From Massilicoli timonensis (lineage in GTDB: Bacteria; Bacillota_I; Bacilli_A; Erysipelotrichales; Erysipelotrichaceae): a stretch of DNA of 32,000 bases. The first letter of the stretch is position 1. Each line of letters opens with the position of its first letter. Position numbers and translations under genes: made by a program. The stretch covers positions 1,952,180-1,984,179 of the forward strand of contig NZ_LT963434.1 in NCBI RefSeq assembly GCF_900199515.1, in the 5' to 3' direction. Below are positions 8,559 through 16,028 of this stretch, in pieces. The notes beneath the pieces are model-generated. The model was not told the origin of the DNA, did not search any database, and saw only the letters and a list, made by a program, of their open reading frames with translations.

Positions 8559-10292
8559 ATGAAAAAATTAAAAGAAGCGTTATTTTTATCTGATAAAGGA
8601 TATTCTGATTTGAAAAAGGCAATCTTCGCTTGTACATTAACTAATATAACAATGTTGCTTCCATTTTGCATAACAGTAATGATTTTCAGCGAATTGTTAA
8701 ATCCGTTTGTTGGGAAAGAGCTTGAATGGGGACATATTTGGTTGCTATGGGGAGCTGGTGTCATTTCGGCAATTTTAGTCTTTTTTGCGGCGAAAAATGA
8801 TTATAGAAAAACATATATAGCGTCATATAAAGAGTCAAATGTTACTAGACTTCGTATTGCAGAACATCTTAGAAAGCTTCCTATGAGTTTCTTTAATACA
8901 AAGGATTTATCAGAATTAACAACCAATATGATGTCCGATTGTAGTAGTATGGAGTCCATGCTAAGCAGTACCATACCACCTCTTATTGCAAACATAATTT
9001 CTGCAACTATTACTTGTATCTTGCTTGCTTTTTTTGATTGGCGTTTAGCTATTTGTGTGTTCATAACTATGCCATTTGCATTTTTGATTATATGGCTCAG
9101 CAGAAAGTATCAGCAAAAATTATTTGAACGACAAGTTGACGCTAAATTACAGGCTTCAAGTCAGGTACAGGAATACTTAGAAGGAATGAAAATCATTAAA
9201 TCCTGTAATTTAAGTGGCTCTCAATTTTCAACATTAAATAAAGCACTTCTGACTATGAAAAAAATTGCAGTCAAAGTTGAAATGGCAGTCGGAGTTTTTA
9301 TGTCCAGCGCAAGCATGATTTTGCAAGCTGGTGTAGGCATAACAATCTTTGTAGGGACTTTATTGTTGCTTGACGGACAGATTGAATTGTTACCTATGTT
9401 GATGTTTTTCTTAATCGTGACAAAAATTTATGGTCCGATTCTGGCTATATTATCACAGCTAACTACATTATTAAATCTAAATGTAGTTACAGAAAGAATG
9501 AGAACACTTTTAACAACTTCTGTGATGAGTGGCAAAAAGGAAACACCAAAAAACTATGATATTGAATTGAACCATGTTTCTTTTGCTTATAATGAAGAAG
9601 AAGTTATCCATGATGTTTCATGCAAAATCCCGCAAGGCTATGTTACAGCTTTGGTTGGGACTTCTGGAAGCGGGAAAAGTACGATTGCCAAATTAATTGC
9701 AAGATTTTGGGATATACAAAAAGGGACTATAACCATTGGGAATAAAGATATTAAATCAATAAATCCAGAAAATCTTATGCAGAAAATGTCATTCGTTTTT
9801 CAAGATGTTACTTTGTTCAATGATACAATATTTAACAATATTCAAATGGGAAATCCAAACGCAACTAAAGAACAGGTATTTGCGGCGGCTAAAGCGGCTT
9901 ATTGTGACGAATTTGTTCGTAATATGCTTGACGGCTACAATACCTTGTTGGGCGAAAATGGAAGTACACTTTCTGGCGGAGAACGTCAAAGGATTTCTAT
10001 TGCTCGTGCCTTGCTAAAAGATTCGCCAATCATTCTTTTAGACGAAGCAACAGCGTCCTTAGATCCGGAAAATGAAGTGTTCGTACAGAAAGCCATTGCA
10101 AAATTAGTTGAAAATAAAACTGTCATTATAATTGCCCACCGTTTAAGAACCGTTGCTGACGCTGACCAAATTCTAGTTTTGGATAACGGAAAACTTGTTG
10201 AGAGTGGAACACATAGTGAACTTATGAAAAAGAATGGTTTATATTATAAGCTGTATCATATTCAGCAGGAAAGTTTAGGCTGGACAGTTTAA
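8559..10292 (+). CDS. ABC transporter ATP-binding protein/permease, partner of 6740-8557
   Basis: The track ORF starts at 8538. ATG 8559 (MKKLKEALF) lies 1 nt after the upstream TAA. Walker A GTSGSGKST, signature LSGGERQRISIAR, Walker B IILLDEAT. Confidence 0.9.
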   Translation: MKKLKEALFLSDKGYSDLKKAIFACTLTNITMLLPFCITVMIFSELLNPFVGKELEWGHIWLLWGAGVISAILVFFAAKNDYRKTYIASYKESNVTRLRIAEHLRKLPMSFFNTKDLSELTTNMMSDCSSMESMLSSTIPPLIANIISATITCILLAFFDWRLAICVFITMPFAFLIIWLSRKYQQKLFERQVDAKLQASSQVQEYLEGMKIIKSCNLSGSQFSTLNKALLTMKKIAVKVEMAVGVFMSSASMILQAGVGITIFVGTLLLLDGQIELLPMLMFFLIVTKIYGPILAILSQLTTLLNLNVVTERMRTLLTTSVMSGKKETPKNYDIELNHVSFAYNEEEVIHDVSCKIPQGYVTALVGTSGSGKSTIAKLIARFWDIQKGTITIGNKDIKSINPENLMQKMSFVFQDVTLFNDTIFNNIQMGNPNATKEQVFAAAKAAYCDEFVRNMLDGYNTLLGENGSTLSGGERQRISIARALLKDSPIILLDEATASLDPENEVFVQKAIAKLVENKTVIIIAHRLRTVADADQILVLDNGKLVESGTHSELMKKNGLYYKLYHIQQESLGWTV

Positions 10293-10302
10293 ATTAAGAA
10301 TG

Positions 10303-10346
10303 CACATACATAAGTCAGGAACATTAATGTATGTGTGTTTTTTTTG
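10303..10346 (+). terminator. Intrinsic terminator after the second ABC pair
   Basis: 9-bp stem CACATACAT (10303-10311) / ATGTATGTG (10327-10335) followed by a T-run (10338-10346). Confidence 0.7.
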
Positions 10347-10350
10347 TTTA

Positions 10351-10378
10351 TAAACATGTTCAAATTTGAACATGTTTA
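10351..10378. promoter_or_regulatory. Palindrome with TGTTCAAATTTGAACA core, copy A
   Basis: Perfect 28-bp palindrome TAAACATGTTCAAA/TTTGAACATGTTTA. No T-run follows, so it is not a terminator. Confidence 0.6.
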
Positions 10379-10423
10379 GCTATGATTAGAAAGATGTGGT
10401 TTTCTTGATTATTATCTTTATGC

Positions 10424-10451
10424 TTGACATTATCATGTACAAGGATATAAT
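10424..10451 (+). promoter_or_regulatory. Sigma-A-type promoter for TetR T3
   Basis: TTGACA (10424-10429), a 16-nt spacer, then TATAAT (10446-10451). Confidence 0.65.
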
Positions 10452-10477
10452 ATAACTAAGTTATATAACTTAGTTAT
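10452..10477. promoter_or_regulatory. Private palindrome of TetR T3
   Basis: Perfect 26-bp palindrome ATAACTAAGTTAT/ATAACTTAGTTAT abutting the -10 hexamer. Confidence 0.6.
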
Positions 10478-10491
10478 GGCGGTGATATGTT

Positions 10492-11115
10492 GTGGAAAAA
10501 TCTGATACACAGGAACGTATTCTTTCCTGTGGGAAAGAATATTTTTTAAAATATGGATTTAAAAGTGCACCATTAAGAAAAATAGTAGCCAAGGTCGGAG
10601 TGACGACGGGAGCTTTTTATGGATATTATGCTAATAAGGAAGAACTTTTCTATGCGCTGACGGATGATGCAGCGAAAGGCTTTATGGATGTTCTTCATCG
10701 TGTACTTGGTGAAATGAACAGCATTGCAGAAGAAGAAAGAATTTTTAAGATGTGTGATGTCTATATCAAAAGAATACCGGAGATAGCAGAATATCTCCTT
10801 GCACATCACGATGAGATGCTTTTGATTCTTGAATGTTCTCAGGGAACTAAGTATGAGAATTTTTTTGAATCTCTTCAGCGTTCCAATACAGAGAATATTG
10901 ATGAGTCCTCCAGACATTCAAAAAATAAATTAAATTTGATTTCATTGGATACTATGGAACTGCTGATGAGCGGCTACTTTTCCATTTTAAAAAGGATTAT
11001 CATAGAGGAAACAGATCGTGAGAAAATGATTCGCAGCATGAGTGAAGTAGCCAGAGTCTATGAAGCCGGCATTTTAACCTTGATGCAGAAAAGCAACAAC
11101 TATAGGATAATTTGA
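10492..11115 (+). CDS. TetR/AcrR family transcriptional regulator (T3)
   Basis: 207 aa. TetR HTH (ERILSCGKEYFLKYGFKSAPLRKIVAKVGVTTGAFYGYYANKEELF). The GTG start is the first in-frame start after a TGA. Confidence 0.8.
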   Translation: MEKSDTQERILSCGKEYFLKYGFKSAPLRKIVAKVGVTTGAFYGYYANKEELFYALTDDAAKGFMDVLHRVLGEMNSIAEEERIFKMCDVYIKRIPEIAEYLLAHHDEMLLILECSQGTKYENFFESLQRSNTENIDESSRHSKNKLNLISLDTMELLMSGYFSILKRIIIEETDREKMIRSMSEVARVYEAGILTLMQKSNNYRII

Positions 11116-11135
11116 CGGTATGAAGCAGTACCGTC
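11114..11135 (+). terminator. Hairpin at the T3 stop codon (weak terminator or attenuator)
   Basis: GACGGTA (11114-11120) / TACCGTC (11129-11135) with an 8-nt loop. Only a weak U-tract follows. Confidence 0.35.
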
Positions 11136-11152
11136 TAATTATAAAATTGTTA

Positions 11153-11168
11153 GTTAGCCATATCTAAC
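11153..11168. promoter_or_regulatory. Shared palindromic operator GTTAG-N6-CTAAC, copy 6
   Basis: GTTAG CCATAT CTAAC, 23 nt before ATG 11192. An extra overlapping GTTAG sits at 11149-11153. Confidence 0.7.
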
Positions 11169-11191
11169 TAAAGAAGAAAGGAGAATCACAA

Positions 11192-12193
11192 ATGAATAAA
11201 AAAAGTGTATTTGATCAGTTAGCTCAGTTATCTTTCCTACCGCTTTATACAAAGGTAGTGACTGCATCCTTGCAGCTGGATGTATATTCACATTTAAGTG
11301 CAGATATCAGTGCAAAGGATCTGGCTGCCAAGCTAGGGTGGAATGAAAGCAATACTGCTTATTTTTTGGAAGGGCTGACTTCAATAGGATTTGTAGTGAA
11401 GAACGACGAGATGTTCAGAAACAGCGATGAGGCAGAAACCTATCTTGTCAAAGGCAAACCGGAATATTTGGGAAGCTTTATCCAATATTACATCATGAAT
11501 GAAGGATCCATGCCATTTGATATCGTCAAGCTTGTAACGGAAGGACCTCAGCCTATGCAGCAGCAGACTAATGATCAGTCATTGGATTTTGCAGCAATGG
11601 GTGCAATGATGCGTCAGGCTCAGGAAGGATATCGCCAGAAGGAACTGCTGGATATTGTCCGTTCGTTGCCTGAAAATAAAACAATAAACAGTATTCTGGA
11701 TTTAGGATGCGGAACCGGTCTTCTTGGAATGTCGGTAGTAAAGGATGATGAAAAGCGCCAAGGAACATTTATTGATCTGATGCCTGCTTCCATCATAGAA
11801 GAATCAGCAAATCAGATGGAACTATCCGATAGAATAGAAGTCATCAATGGGAATTTTCTTACAGATGATATTGGAAAAGGTTATGATCTAATTCTTGCAG
11901 TATCTGTAGCATTGTTTGCAAAAGGAAACATGGATGTATTTTTGAAAAAGTGCTATGATGCTTTGAATCCTGGAGGAGTCATGCTGGTTATTTCGGAAGC
12001 AATCGCAAAAGATCATACTTCACCTTGGGATATGGTCATGGGATATCTTCCGTATTATATGCAAGGAATGGATATGGGTGTTCTAAAGAATGAGGTTAGT
12101 GAATCCGCTAAACGTATAGGATTTACGAATTGTGAAAAACGCACGGAATTGTTATGTTCCGGAATACAGGATATTGATATCTTAAGAAAATAA
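11192..12193 (+). CDS. Class I SAM-dependent (O-)methyltransferase with an N-terminal dimerisation/winged-helix-like domain
   Basis: 333 aa. SAM motif I ILDLGCGTGLLG and a later acidic motif (FIDL). RBS AAAGGAG. Confidence 0.7.
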   Translation: MNKKSVFDQLAQLSFLPLYTKVVTASLQLDVYSHLSADISAKDLAAKLGWNESNTAYFLEGLTSIGFVVKNDEMFRNSDEAETYLVKGKPEYLGSFIQYYIMNEGSMPFDIVKLVTEGPQPMQQQTNDQSLDFAAMGAMMRQAQEGYRQKELLDIVRSLPENKTINSILDLGCGTGLLGMSVVKDDEKRQGTFIDLMPASIIEESANQMELSDRIEVINGNFLTDDIGKGYDLILAVSVALFAKGNMDVFLKKCYDALNPGGVMLVISEAIAKDHTSPWDMVMGYLPYYMQGMDMGVLKNEVSESAKRIGFTNCEKRTELLCSGIQDIDILRK

Positions 12194-12207
12194 ACAATGA
12201 ATTTATA

Positions 12208-12246
12208 AAGAACAAGTGAGATTATAATCCGCCTGTTCTTTTTTTA
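12208..12246 (+). terminator. Probable intrinsic terminator after the methyltransferase gene
   Basis: AAGAACA (12208-12214) / TGTTCTT (12234-12240) followed by a T-run. Confidence 0.5.
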
Positions 12247-12320
12247 AAAACTAAAAATGTTATCACTGACTTCTTTTAAGATACGCGATAAAATGAACTT
12301 ATAGAAAGGGGTCGAAAGTC

Positions 12321-12587
12321 ATGGCGAAGATCAGTTTGACTGCACAGGCAGCAGGAAAAAGAATAAGAGAATACAGGGAAGAAAAGAAATGGACTATCAA
12401 TAAGATGGCAGCATTTGCTGGCATGGATGCGAAGCATTTAAAGAAACTGGAAGACGGTCTTTCTGAAGGAACATTTCTAATGTATATACATCTGATGGAA
12501 TGTATGAAGAAAAATATCAGTGATTTGTTTGATCAGAGATTTACAGCTATCCTGTATTCATTGGAAACAGGTGAAATGCTTTCATGA
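12321..12587 (+). CDS. XRE family HTH protein
   Basis: 88 aa. RIREYREEKKWTINKMAAFAGMDAKHLKKLEDG is a Cro/C1-type HTH. The stop overlaps the next start (ATGA). Confidence 0.75.
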   Translation: MAKISLTAQAAGKRIREYREEKKWTINKMAAFAGMDAKHLKKLEDGLSEGTFLMYIHLMECMKKNISDLFDQRFTAILYSLETGEMLS

Positions 12588-13132
12588 GAGTGAAATCAAC
12601 GTTGTCTGATCATGATCATATTCATCTGAAGACATTATCAAGACTTCTTGTCAGCAACAGGGAACAAAACGGGTGGTCTGTTGCAGATTTTTGTAAAATG
12701 GCACATATAGACCGCGACAGCTATACAAAGGTGGAAAGAGGAGAGCGTAATCCTACGATTGGAGTGCTGGAAAGTATTTTATCAGTTTATGGTATCAGTA
12801 TGCATATATTTTTTTCTAGCGTTTATCAACAGCTTTATAATGAAGAAATAACTGAATGGAAAATTGATCAAATGCTTAATGACAATCTATGCAGAATGAT
12901 TGACAGACAAAAGATCATTAGAATGATTAAGAAATTCAGAAAATCTCGCAAAATTAGTCAAAACCTGCTGGCAATGGAAATGGGCATTCAGAGAAACTAT
13001 ATTAACAACTTTGAATATGGTCGCTCAAAAGTTACGCCTGAATTACTAAAAGGCATAATGACAGTAATGGATATTGATATAGAAACACTATTGGATATGC
13101 TGGAGGTTCCTGAAAATTTGCGTAGATTTTGA
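12584..13132 (+). CDS. XRE family protein with two tandem HTH domains
   Basis: 182 aa. HTH 1 is NGWSVADFCKMAHIDRDSYTKVERGERNPT. HTH 2 is SRKISQNLLAMEMGIQRNYINNFEYGRSKVT. Confidence 0.75.
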   Translation: MRVKSTLSDHDHIHLKTLSRLLVSNREQNGWSVADFCKMAHIDRDSYTKVERGERNPTIGVLESILSVYGISMHIFFSSVYQQLYNEEITEWKIDQMLNDNLCRMIDRQKIIRMIKKFRKSRKISQNLLAMEMGIQRNYINNFEYGRSKVTPELLKGIMTVMDIDIETLLDMLEVPENLRRF

Positions 13133-13157
13133 TGTTCAAATTTGAACATCATTTTTT
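13130..13157. promoter_or_regulatory. Palindrome with TGTTCAAATTTGAACA core, copy B (also shaped like a terminator)
   Basis: Perfect 22-bp palindrome TGATGTTCAAA/TTTGAACATCA (13130-13151) that overlaps the TGA of the upstream gene. TTTTTT follows at 13152-13157. Confidence 0.6.
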
Positions 13158-13169
13158 GTTTGTTCTATA

Positions 13170-13198
13170 CTGACATATTCAATTATGCACGACATAAT
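13170..13198 (+). promoter_or_regulatory. Promoter of the XRE gene at 13222; homologous to the parA promoter
   Basis: CTGACA, a 17-nt spacer, then CATAAT. It contains GCACGACATAATG (13187-13199), identical to 21654-21666. Confidence 0.55.
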
Positions 13199-13221
13199 GA
13201 ATTTGGAGGTGAATGTAATAT

Positions 13222-13452
13222 ATGGAAGATAATTTAGATAATAGCGTGATTCTAACTCTATTTGGTGAACAAGTAAAGAATTACAGAACTAAGCAATATC
13301 TGACACAGGCGGAACTGGCAGAGAAATCACATCTGCATAGGAACTCCATTGTACTTATTGAGAATGGAAAACAGAATCCAACCCTTACACTCATGTGTAA
13401 GCTGTCTTTTGCATTGAATGTAAAGATGAAAGATCTGGTGGATAATTTATGA
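13222..13452 (+). CDS. XRE family HTH protein
   Basis: 76 aa. QYLTQAELAEKSHLHRNSIVLIENGKQNPT. RBS GGAGGTGA. Confidence 0.8.
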   Translation: MEDNLDNSVILTLFGEQVKNYRTKQYLTQAELAEKSHLHRNSIVLIENGKQNPTLTLMCKLSFALNVKMKDLVDNL

Positions 13453-13775
13453 GACAATCAAATGAAGAAATCATAGAAATGTACTTAAGGGCAGAACTAT
13501 ATGAAAGGCTGGATTGCTATGAGAAAGTGGATTATAAAACAAAGATAGATCGTCTAACTGAAATGATAGAGAAGATGAAAAAACTGCTTCCATCAGAGCA
13601 GCATGGACTGCTGCATGAGTTTGAGGATATCTATATGGATCTGCTTTCTTATTCTGATCCATATGAATTTGAAAACGGCTTCTGTTATGGAGTATCGTTA
13701 TTGCTGAGTGTCATGGAAAAGGAAAAAGAATTTAATAAAAAGTGGAAGAAAAGGGGAGATATAAGCAATGAGTAG
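13449..13775 (+). CDS. Small helical protein of unknown function (DUF6809-like by recollection)
   Basis: 108 aa, ATGA-coupled to the XRE gene. The C-terminal F-E-N-G-F-x-Y-G motif is typical of small proteins encoded after XRE genes on Firmicutes mobile elements. Confidence 0.45.
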   Translation: MRQSNEEIIEMYLRAELYERLDCYEKVDYKTKIDRLTEMIEKMKKLLPSEQHGLLHEFEDIYMDLLSYSDPYEFENGFCYGVSLLLSVMEKEKEFNKKWKKRGDISNE

Positions 13776-14127
13776 AAAAGACACTGCTTGCAATGATTCA
13801 GATATTGATAAGATCATGAAAATCTATATGGAGGCATTGGTTTATCTTCAAAATGATGATTATATGCTGAAAAGTCAGGAATATCTAGAAATTGATAACA
13901 AATTAGAGGAACAGAAGGCTTGCATTAAAGAAAAAGCTAAAGGTATACGATTTGAAGATAAAATAGAGAAACTATTAAACAGTTATGATGATACATGGCA
14001 GAGCATGAATTTTATTTATAGAACATATGGTTTTTTGGATGGGCTCATGATCGGACTTATTTTGAATAAACAGTCTAATGAGGAATTCTATCAAAAACTT
14101 TATATGATGGTAAAAAACAGATGGTAA
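13768..14127 (+). CDS. Small helical protein, paralogue of 13449-13775
   Basis: 119 aa, overlapping the upstream gene by 8 nt. Same layout, and its C-terminal YGFLDGLMIGL parallels NGFCYGVSLLL. Confidence 0.45.
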   Translation: MSRKDTACNDSDIDKIMKIYMEALVYLQNDDYMLKSQEYLEIDNKLEEQKACIKEKAKGIRFEDKIEKLLNSYDDTWQSMNFIYRTYGFLDGLMIGLILNKQSNEEFYQKLYMMVKNRW

Positions 14128-14265
14128 CTTTATAGATGATACTATGAAATTCTTTTATTATTCAAAATGATACTGTTATTTACCATTAGTACAATAGATA
14201 ATAATTTCATATAAAAAAGACTATGAAGTAATTTGATGATACAACATCAACACTTTTATAGTCTT

Positions 14266-14844
14266 TTATATTAAGCATTCTATGCGTTTTCCTTCGTAAA
14301 CACCATTTAGCAATTCATCGCGTGAGCGAGCATAAAGCTTAAATAATTCTTGCGCACGTTTAGGATTCGAATATACTTTCCAGCATCTGCATAGCAAGCA
14401 GGTTTCTTTTTTTATGAATCCTTTCACATCTGCTAAAGGATATCCCAAAAATATACCAATTTCATGAGGATAGCTGCAGCTTTCACATAATCTTTTATTT
14501 AAATGTCTGAAAATGGTTGCCAAATCTTTGGCTGGATAATCAAGAACATTTAAAAAAGAATGAACTTCTGATTGTGAAAGTCTGAGTTTTAATGCCTCCT
14601 TATGATAGACATAGATTGTAAGTCTTTGACAGCCTTCCTAAAAAAGATAAATATGCACACCATGATGAAACAGTATGTTTTGATAACGTTGTACCAATTC
14701 CCTTACATTGTTAAATTGTTTATCAGAAACATGAAACATATTTGCAATTTTAACCTTTTTTAGAACCAGACCACAGTACAAAGCTAACGGCTCTTCAAAT
14801 TCGACTTCATCCTTTGGTAAATCACATTTTGGACAGAATGTCAT
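14266..14844 (-). pseudogene. DUF3793-like gene interrupted by a single in-frame TAG (14640-14638)
   Basis: Track ORFs 14638-14844 and 14266-14523 are in one frame. The intervening 114 nt translate without stops (EGCQRLTIYVYHKEALKLRLSQSEVHSFLNVLDYPAKD). YPHEIGIFLGYPLADVKGFI and WKVY match my recollection of DUF3793. Confidence 0.6.
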
Positions 14845-15175
14845 TTATTGCTGCAATATCTTCATCTGTACCGTTGTTTTCTACCTTGTACAGACATTCA
14901 ACATCATATGTTTCTGCAATTTTATCTCCTGCTAGACAGTAAGCTTCTCCATAGCCCTGATCACCTGAAACAACAACGCCTTTTAGATTCATAGAATTAG
15001 CCAAAAGGAAAGTTTCCACTTCCATTGGAACATCACCATATCCGTCTGTATAGGTAAACAAAACATAAGGCTCATCTATTGTTTCGTTTCCTGTGTCAAT
15101 TCTTAAAGCATCAGCTCCTAATGCCTGTACAATGGATTCTACATTTCCTGTTCTTGAAGCATAAGCAATTTTCAT
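14822..15175 (-). CDS. nrdI: NrdI-like flavodoxin-fold protein
   Basis: 117 aa. MKIAYASRTGNVESIV, PYVLFTYTDGYGDVP, GVVVSGDQGYGEAY and KVENNGTDEDI align by eye with B. subtilis NrdI. RBS AGGAGA. No nrdEF genes are in the window. Confidence 0.55.
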   Translation of the reverse strand: MKIAYASRTGNVESIVQALGADALRIDTGNETIDEPYVLFTYTDGYGDVPMEVETFLLANSMNLKGVVVSGDQGYGEAYCLAGDKIAETYDVECLYKVENNGTDEDIAAINDILSKM

Positions 15176-15192
15176 AGTTGATTCTCCTTTCG

Positions 15193-15208
15193 GTTAGTCT
15201 AAACTAAC
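15193..15208. promoter_or_regulatory. Shared palindromic operator GTTAG-N6-CTAAC, copy 7 (proximal to the nrdI-like gene)
   Basis: GTTAG TCTAAA CTAAC, 17 nt from the reverse-strand ATG at 15175. Confidence 0.7.
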
Positions 15209-15222
15209 TACTTCATAGATAA

Positions 15223-15251
15223 ATGTTAGCATGAGCTAACTATTTTGTCAA
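15223..15251 (-). promoter_or_regulatory. Candidate promoter of the nrdI-like operon
   Basis: Reverse strand reads TTGACA (15251-15246), a 17-nt spacer, then TAACAT (15228-15223). Operator copy 8 fills the spacer and the -10. Confidence 0.4.
15225..15240. promoter_or_regulatory. Shared palindromic operator GTTAG-N6-CTAAC, copy 8 (distal)
   Basis: GTTAG CATGAG CTAAC, overlapping the putative promoter core. Confidence 0.7.
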
Positions 15252-15280
15252 TAGAGGATTCTAGAGTAATTTATAATATA

Positions 15281-15309
15281 TTGACAGAGTTAATCAAGAG
15301 TGTTATACT
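15281..15309 (+). promoter_or_regulatory. Sigma-A-type promoter for TetR T4
   Basis: TTGACA (15281-15286), a 17-nt spacer, then TATACT (15304-15309). Confidence 0.6.
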
Positions 15310-15311
15310 GT

Positions 15312-15344
15312 TCCTATGAACAAAACTAAAAAATGTTCATAGGA
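15312..15344. promoter_or_regulatory. Private inverted repeat of TetR T4
   Basis: TCCTATGAAC, a 13-nt spacer, then GTTCATAGGA: perfect 10-bp arms. The 3' arm overlaps the AGGAGG RBS, so it could be an operator or an RBS-sequestering hairpin. Confidence 0.5.
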
Positions 15345-15350
15345 GGAATT

Positions 15351-15932
15351 ATGCCAGTAGCTTTTACTCATGAAGAACAGCTGAATATCCAACTGAAATT
15401 AGAAGAATCTGCGCTTGCTCTAGTTAAGCAAAAAAGTGTAAAAAAGATTACTGTACGTGAGCTTTCTAATCAGGCGGGAATCTCTATAGGGGCATTTTAT
15501 AAGTTTTATCCAACAAAGGAGCATTTATTTTATTCCCTTTTACGTAGTCTGCATGGTAAGGTTTACGAATCTGCCATGAATGAACTTTTTGCCTCAGGTA
15601 ATATAAATCCTGCTGAACGATTAAGGAATTCTATTATTGCCGGCTGTGACGCCTTGGATAGAAGTGGTATGGAGCGTTTCTGGACGGAAGATGCCTTATA
15701 TGTTATGGAGATGATTCCGGATGTCGATAAAGAAGAACAGCGTATTTCAGAGAAAACGTTATATAAAAAATTCTTCAATATGTACGGAAATCTAGCGGTT
15801 TCAGAGGATTTAGCAATGGATGCATTGGGCAGCTTGCTAATGAGTGTTTCTCAGCGACATATATTAGGTGAGCATTATCCGACAATACTGCTTTGGCAGG
15901 CTGAAGGAGTCTGTAATCATATTTTTGAGTGA
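15351..15932 (+). CDS. TetR/AcrR family transcriptional regulator (T4)
   Basis: The track ORF starts at 15333. ATG 15351 follows AGGAGG at proper spacing. HTH is ITVRELSNQAGISIGAFYKFYPTKEHLF. More divergent than T1-T3. Confidence 0.8.
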   Translation: MPVAFTHEEQLNIQLKLEESALALVKQKSVKKITVRELSNQAGISIGAFYKFYPTKEHLFYSLLRSLHGKVYESAMNELFASGNINPAERLRNSIIAGCDALDRSGMERFWTEDALYVMEMIPDVDKEEQRISEKTLYKKFFNMYGNLAVSEDLAMDALGSLLMSVSQRHILGEHYPTILLWQAEGVCNHIFE

Positions 15933-15961
15933 GAAATCACTCAAAAAATTTTAATCATCGA

Positions 15962-15977
15962 GTTAGACAAAGCTAAC
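15962..15977. promoter_or_regulatory. Shared palindromic operator GTTAG-N6-CTAAC, copy 9
   Basis: GTTAG ACAAAG CTAAC, 30 nt after the T4 stop and 51 nt before ATG 16029. Confidence 0.7.
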
Positions 15978-16028
15978 TGAAATTCTCCTGAGTCTAAAAA
16001 CAAATTTATGAAAATGATGGAGGTTATT

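Noticed and set aside
2114-10017. Many 60-115-aa ORFs inside or antisense to the ABC genes (for example 2114-2389, 2880-3146, 4081-4390, 7108-7486, 8135-8415, 8468-9064, 9789-10017)
   Set aside because: They are shadow ORFs within long, motif-rich coding regions. They have no RBS and biased, nonsense-like composition. The same applies to 5746-5997, 10573-10917, 11568-11768, 15563-15778, 16856-17298 and similar ORFs elsewhere.
10375-10390. Possible tenth copy of the shared operator (TTTAG CTATGA TTAGA, same spacer as copy 5)
   Set aside because: The right half-site matches only 2 of 5 positions and the left 4 of 5. It is too degenerate to count.
14215-14267. 10-bp inverted repeat AAAAGACTAT/ATAGTCTTTT between convergent genes, as a bidirectional terminator
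   Set aside because: The loop of 33 nt is too large. The right arm overlaps the stop of the DUF3793-like gene. Support is too weak.
15927-15942. Hairpin GAGTGA/TCACTC at the T4 stop as a terminator
   Set aside because: The stem is only 6 bp and is followed by an A-run before any T-run. This is insufficient for an intrinsic terminator call.
437-15977. Calling the shared palindrome a bona fide DtxR/IdeR box
   Set aside because: The half-sites match but the spacing is 6 nt instead of 1 nt. The outer TTAG/CTAA arms of the 19-bp consensus are absent. I keep it only as a hypothesis.
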